Positions 61,093 to 64,000 of a stretch of DNA of 64,000 bases are shown piece by piece (position 1 is the first letter of the stretch; the number at the start of each line of letters is the position of its first letter). The stretch covers positions 239,322,001-239,386,000 of the forward strand of contig NC_086097.1 in NCBI RefSeq assembly GCF_963921235.1, read 5' to 3'. Under the pieces are notes generated by a model. The model did not search any database. It was given only the letters and a program-made list of their open reading frames with translations, and was not told the origin of the DNA. The translations under genes were made by a program, and so were the position numbers. Origin of the DNA: Mobula hypostoma. Taxonomy: Eukaryota.

Positions 61093-61768
61093 GAAATGTC
61101 CCGAAATGTCCCGAATGCATCTGTGTCTAACATCATTCCTGGCAGTGTGTGTATGCCCATCACTCACTCTATAAAAAGACTTACCATTAACATTCCCCTA
61201 TACTTCCCTCCAATCATCTTAAAAATCTGCCCCTCCTATTAGCCATTTTCACCCTGGCAATAATCTTCTGGCTATCCACACAATCTGTAATTCTTATCTT
61301 ATGCAGCTCTATCAAGTTGCTTTCATCCTCCTTTCCTCCAAAAAGAAAAGCCTTAGTTCGCTTAAGCTGTCTTCATAAGATATGCTCTCTAAATCAAGCC
61401 GCATTGTAGTAAATCTCATTTACACCCTCTTTAAAATTCTACATAATTCCTATAATGAACTAATCAGAACTGAAGTCTATATTTCAAGTCTGCTCTAATG
61501 AGAGTTTTATAGAAATGCACATGACTGCTTGGTGGACTGGACTGTATTCAGGGATTCAACTTCGAACCTAGATGAGTATGCTGCAGTTGTTACCGACTTC
61601 ATTAAAACCTGTGAGGATGAGTGTGTGTCTACAAAGACTTATTGTACATTCCCAAACCAAAAGCTGTGGATGAACCAGGATGTCTGTCATCTGCTGAGGG
61701 TTAGATCTGTGGCATTCAAGTCTGGCGACCAAGACCTGTACCAGAAAACCAGGTATGATTTGCAAAGG

Positions 61769-61980
61769 AACACACATCAAAGTTGCTGGTGAACACAGCA
61801 GGCCAGGCAGCATCTCTAGGAAGAGGCACAGTCGACGTTTCAGGAGTCCTGACGAAGGGTCTCGGCCTGAAACGTCGACTGTACGTCTTCCTAGGGATGC
61901 TACCTGGTCTGCTGCGTTCACCAGCAACTTTGATGTGTGTTGCTTGAATTTCCAGCACCTGCAGAATTCCTGTTGTTTGC
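61769..61980. mobile_element. Fold-back Penelope-derived mini-element
   Basis: Inverted arms 61769-61844 / 61866-61941; flanking imperfect TSD atgatttgc(aa/gg)agg (61755-68 / 61981-94). Confidence 0.85.
61845..61880 (+). ncRNA. Minimal type I hammerhead ribozyme motif
   Basis: Stem I AGTC/GACT; core CTGACGA; stem II AGG/CCT; GAAA; palindromic ACGT replacing stem III; GTC cleavage triplet ending at 61876. Confidence 0.7.
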
Positions 61981-63248
61981 ATGATTTGCGGAGGGCTATT
62001 TCAAGGGTGAAGAGACAATTTCAAATGAGGTTGAAGGTGACATCAGATGTATGACAACTCTGGCAGGGTTTGCAAGACATTACTTCCTACAAAGCAAAAC
62101 CCAATAGCATGAATGGCAGCGATGCTTCACTACCAGATGAATTCAACGGCTTCTATGCCCGCTTTGGAAAGGAGAATATAACTACAGCTGTGAAGATCAC
62201 TGCTGCACCTGATGACCCTGTGATCTCTATCTCAGAGACTGATGTTAGGCTGAGAGTGAACCCTCGCAAGGTGGAAGGTCCAGATGGAGTATCTGGTAAG
62301 GCTCTGAAAACCTGTGCCAACCAAATGGCGGAAGTGTTCAAGGACATTTTCAACCTCTCACTGCTACGGGTGGAAGTTCACACTTGCTTCAAAAAATCAA
62401 CAATTAAACCAGTGCCTAAGACGAATAATGTGAGCTGCCTTAATGACTATTGCCCATGATCTACAGTGATGAAATGCTTTGAGAGGTTGGTCATGACTAG
62501 ACTGAACTCCAGCCTCAGCAAGGACCTGGACCCATTGCAATTTGCCCATTGGCACAATAGGTGCAATCTTAATGACTCTTCACATGGCTTTAGACCACCT
62601 GGAGAACACAAACACTGTTTATGTCAGGACACTGTTCATTGACTATAGCTCACTACCATCATTCCCACAATCCTGATTGAGAAGTTGCAGAACCTGGGCC
62701 TCTGTACCTCCCTCTGCAATTGGATCCTCGATTTCCTAACTGGAAGAGCACAATCTGTGCAGATTGGTGATATCATATCCTCCTCGCTGACGATCAACAC
62801 TGGTGCACCTCAGGGGTGTGTGCTTAGCCCACTGCTCTACCCTCTGTATACACATGACTGTGTGGCTTGGCATAGCTCAAATACCATCTATAAATTTGCT
62901 GATGGTACAACCATTGTTGGTAGAATCTCAGGTGATGATGAGAGGGCATACAGGTGTGAGATATGCCAACTAGTGGAGCGGTGTTGCAGCAACAACCTGG
63001 CACTCAACACCAGTAAGTCAGAAGATCTGATTGTAGACTTCAGGAAGGGTAAGATGAAAACATACCACTCCTCATAAAGGATCAGAAGTGGAGAGAGTGA
63101 GCAGTTTCTAGTTCCTGGGTGTCAAGATCTCTGAGGATCTAACCTGGTCCCAACATATCAATGTAGTTATAAAGAAGGCAAGACAGTGGCTATACTTTAT
63201 TGGGAGTTTGAAGAGATTTGGCATGTCAACAAATACACAAATACACAA

Positions 63249-63630
63249 ATGCAACAAGACAATGATCCGAAAGACAAGAGTAAATCAAAACAGTATGGCT
63301 TAAGAAGAAGAAAATCTGTGTTTTGGAATGGCTGAGACAAAATCCTGACCTTAATCCTATAGAAATATTATTGAAGAACCTGAAGCAAGTAGTTCATGCA
63401 AGAAAGCCCACCAACATCCTAGCAATGGAACAGTTTTGTAGGGAGGAATGGTCTAAAATTCCTCCAAGCTGATGTGGAAGACTGATCAACAGTTACCGGA
63501 AATGATTTGTTGAAGTTATTGGTATACAAGGGGCTCCCACCATTTACTGAAAGCAAAGGTTCACATACGTTTTCCAACAAACACATGTAATATTGGATCA
63601 CTTTTCTTAATAAATAAATGAACAATTATG
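63249..63630 (+). mobile_element. Tc1/mariner transposase C-terminal remnant
   Basis: MQQDNDPK, a frameshift, then WLKKKKICVLEWLRQNPDLNPIE..FCREEWSKIP (second D and E of the DD34E triad). Confidence 0.85.
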
Positions 63631-64000
63631 CGTAACGCTCAGGGCTATCGGCTCGTGTTTATCCAGGGGAAACCCTGTCTGTCCGCCAAACCATGTCTCA
63701 CATTTGCATAGTTGCTGTGTAATGCCACCTGGTACAAACTCACACATCAAATATCAGACAGCACACAATGTACGATTTACAGATTACACTTTATAAATCT
63801 TACTGGAACTATGTAATTAATAGAGATACAATATAAAAGGAAAGTAATAGGCGCCAATTTATCAGAGTTCAACCACTTCGTGCACAACCATTGGAACTCA
63901 ATTAACGGGGTCTCGTTCCACCATTCGATCTTTGCCAATCTCCTCGACTCACCGCCTGGGACCAACCGCGAGTGCGTCCAGCACATCCTTCCTCCTCAGT
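63630..64000. mobile_element. Probable LTR fragment running off the window end
   Basis: Similar to 42905-43470 (cagacagcacac..tacgatt..gtgcacaa..tgga.ctca). Confidence 0.4.

Larger units (their letters stand above)
61520..63240 (+). mobile_element. Rex1/Babar LINE ORF (linker plus RT), degraded
   Basis: [61 protein letters not shown]. Confidence 0.9.

Overview
This is eukaryotic, repeat-dominated intergenic or intronic DNA. The repeat set points to a cartilaginous fish (shark or ray): many CR1 LINEs, Rex1/Babar LINEs, V-SINE/HE1-like SINEs and Penelope pseudo-LTR pieces. That assignment is an inference. I could not support any host protein-coding gene, and almost all ORFs in the track are LINE ORF2 fragments or antisense shadows of them. 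Recognisable elements are about 20 CR1 copies, including an uninterrupted 875-aa APE+RT frame (12525-15152, -) and a long copy with an esterase ORF1 tail (16391-19740, +). Also present are Rex1/Babar LINEs, a degenerate Gypsy LTR element, a Hero-like RLE retrotransposon 3' end, Tc1/mariner derivatives, tRNA-derived SINEs and two RNase H-bearing Nimb/I-group copies. The strongest leads are: (1) two different Nimb-like copies inserted in tandem at the same site, with three copies of the target duplication; (2) tiny TSD-flanked Penelope-derived insertions carrying minimal hammerhead ribozymes, one of them a 76-bp-arm fold-back with the ribozyme at its apex; (3) two Tc1-derived families that both end in a ~60-bp TA-flanked mini-palindrome; (4) deep nested insertion stacks. 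All coordinates were read by eye, so boundaries of degraded copies are approximate.
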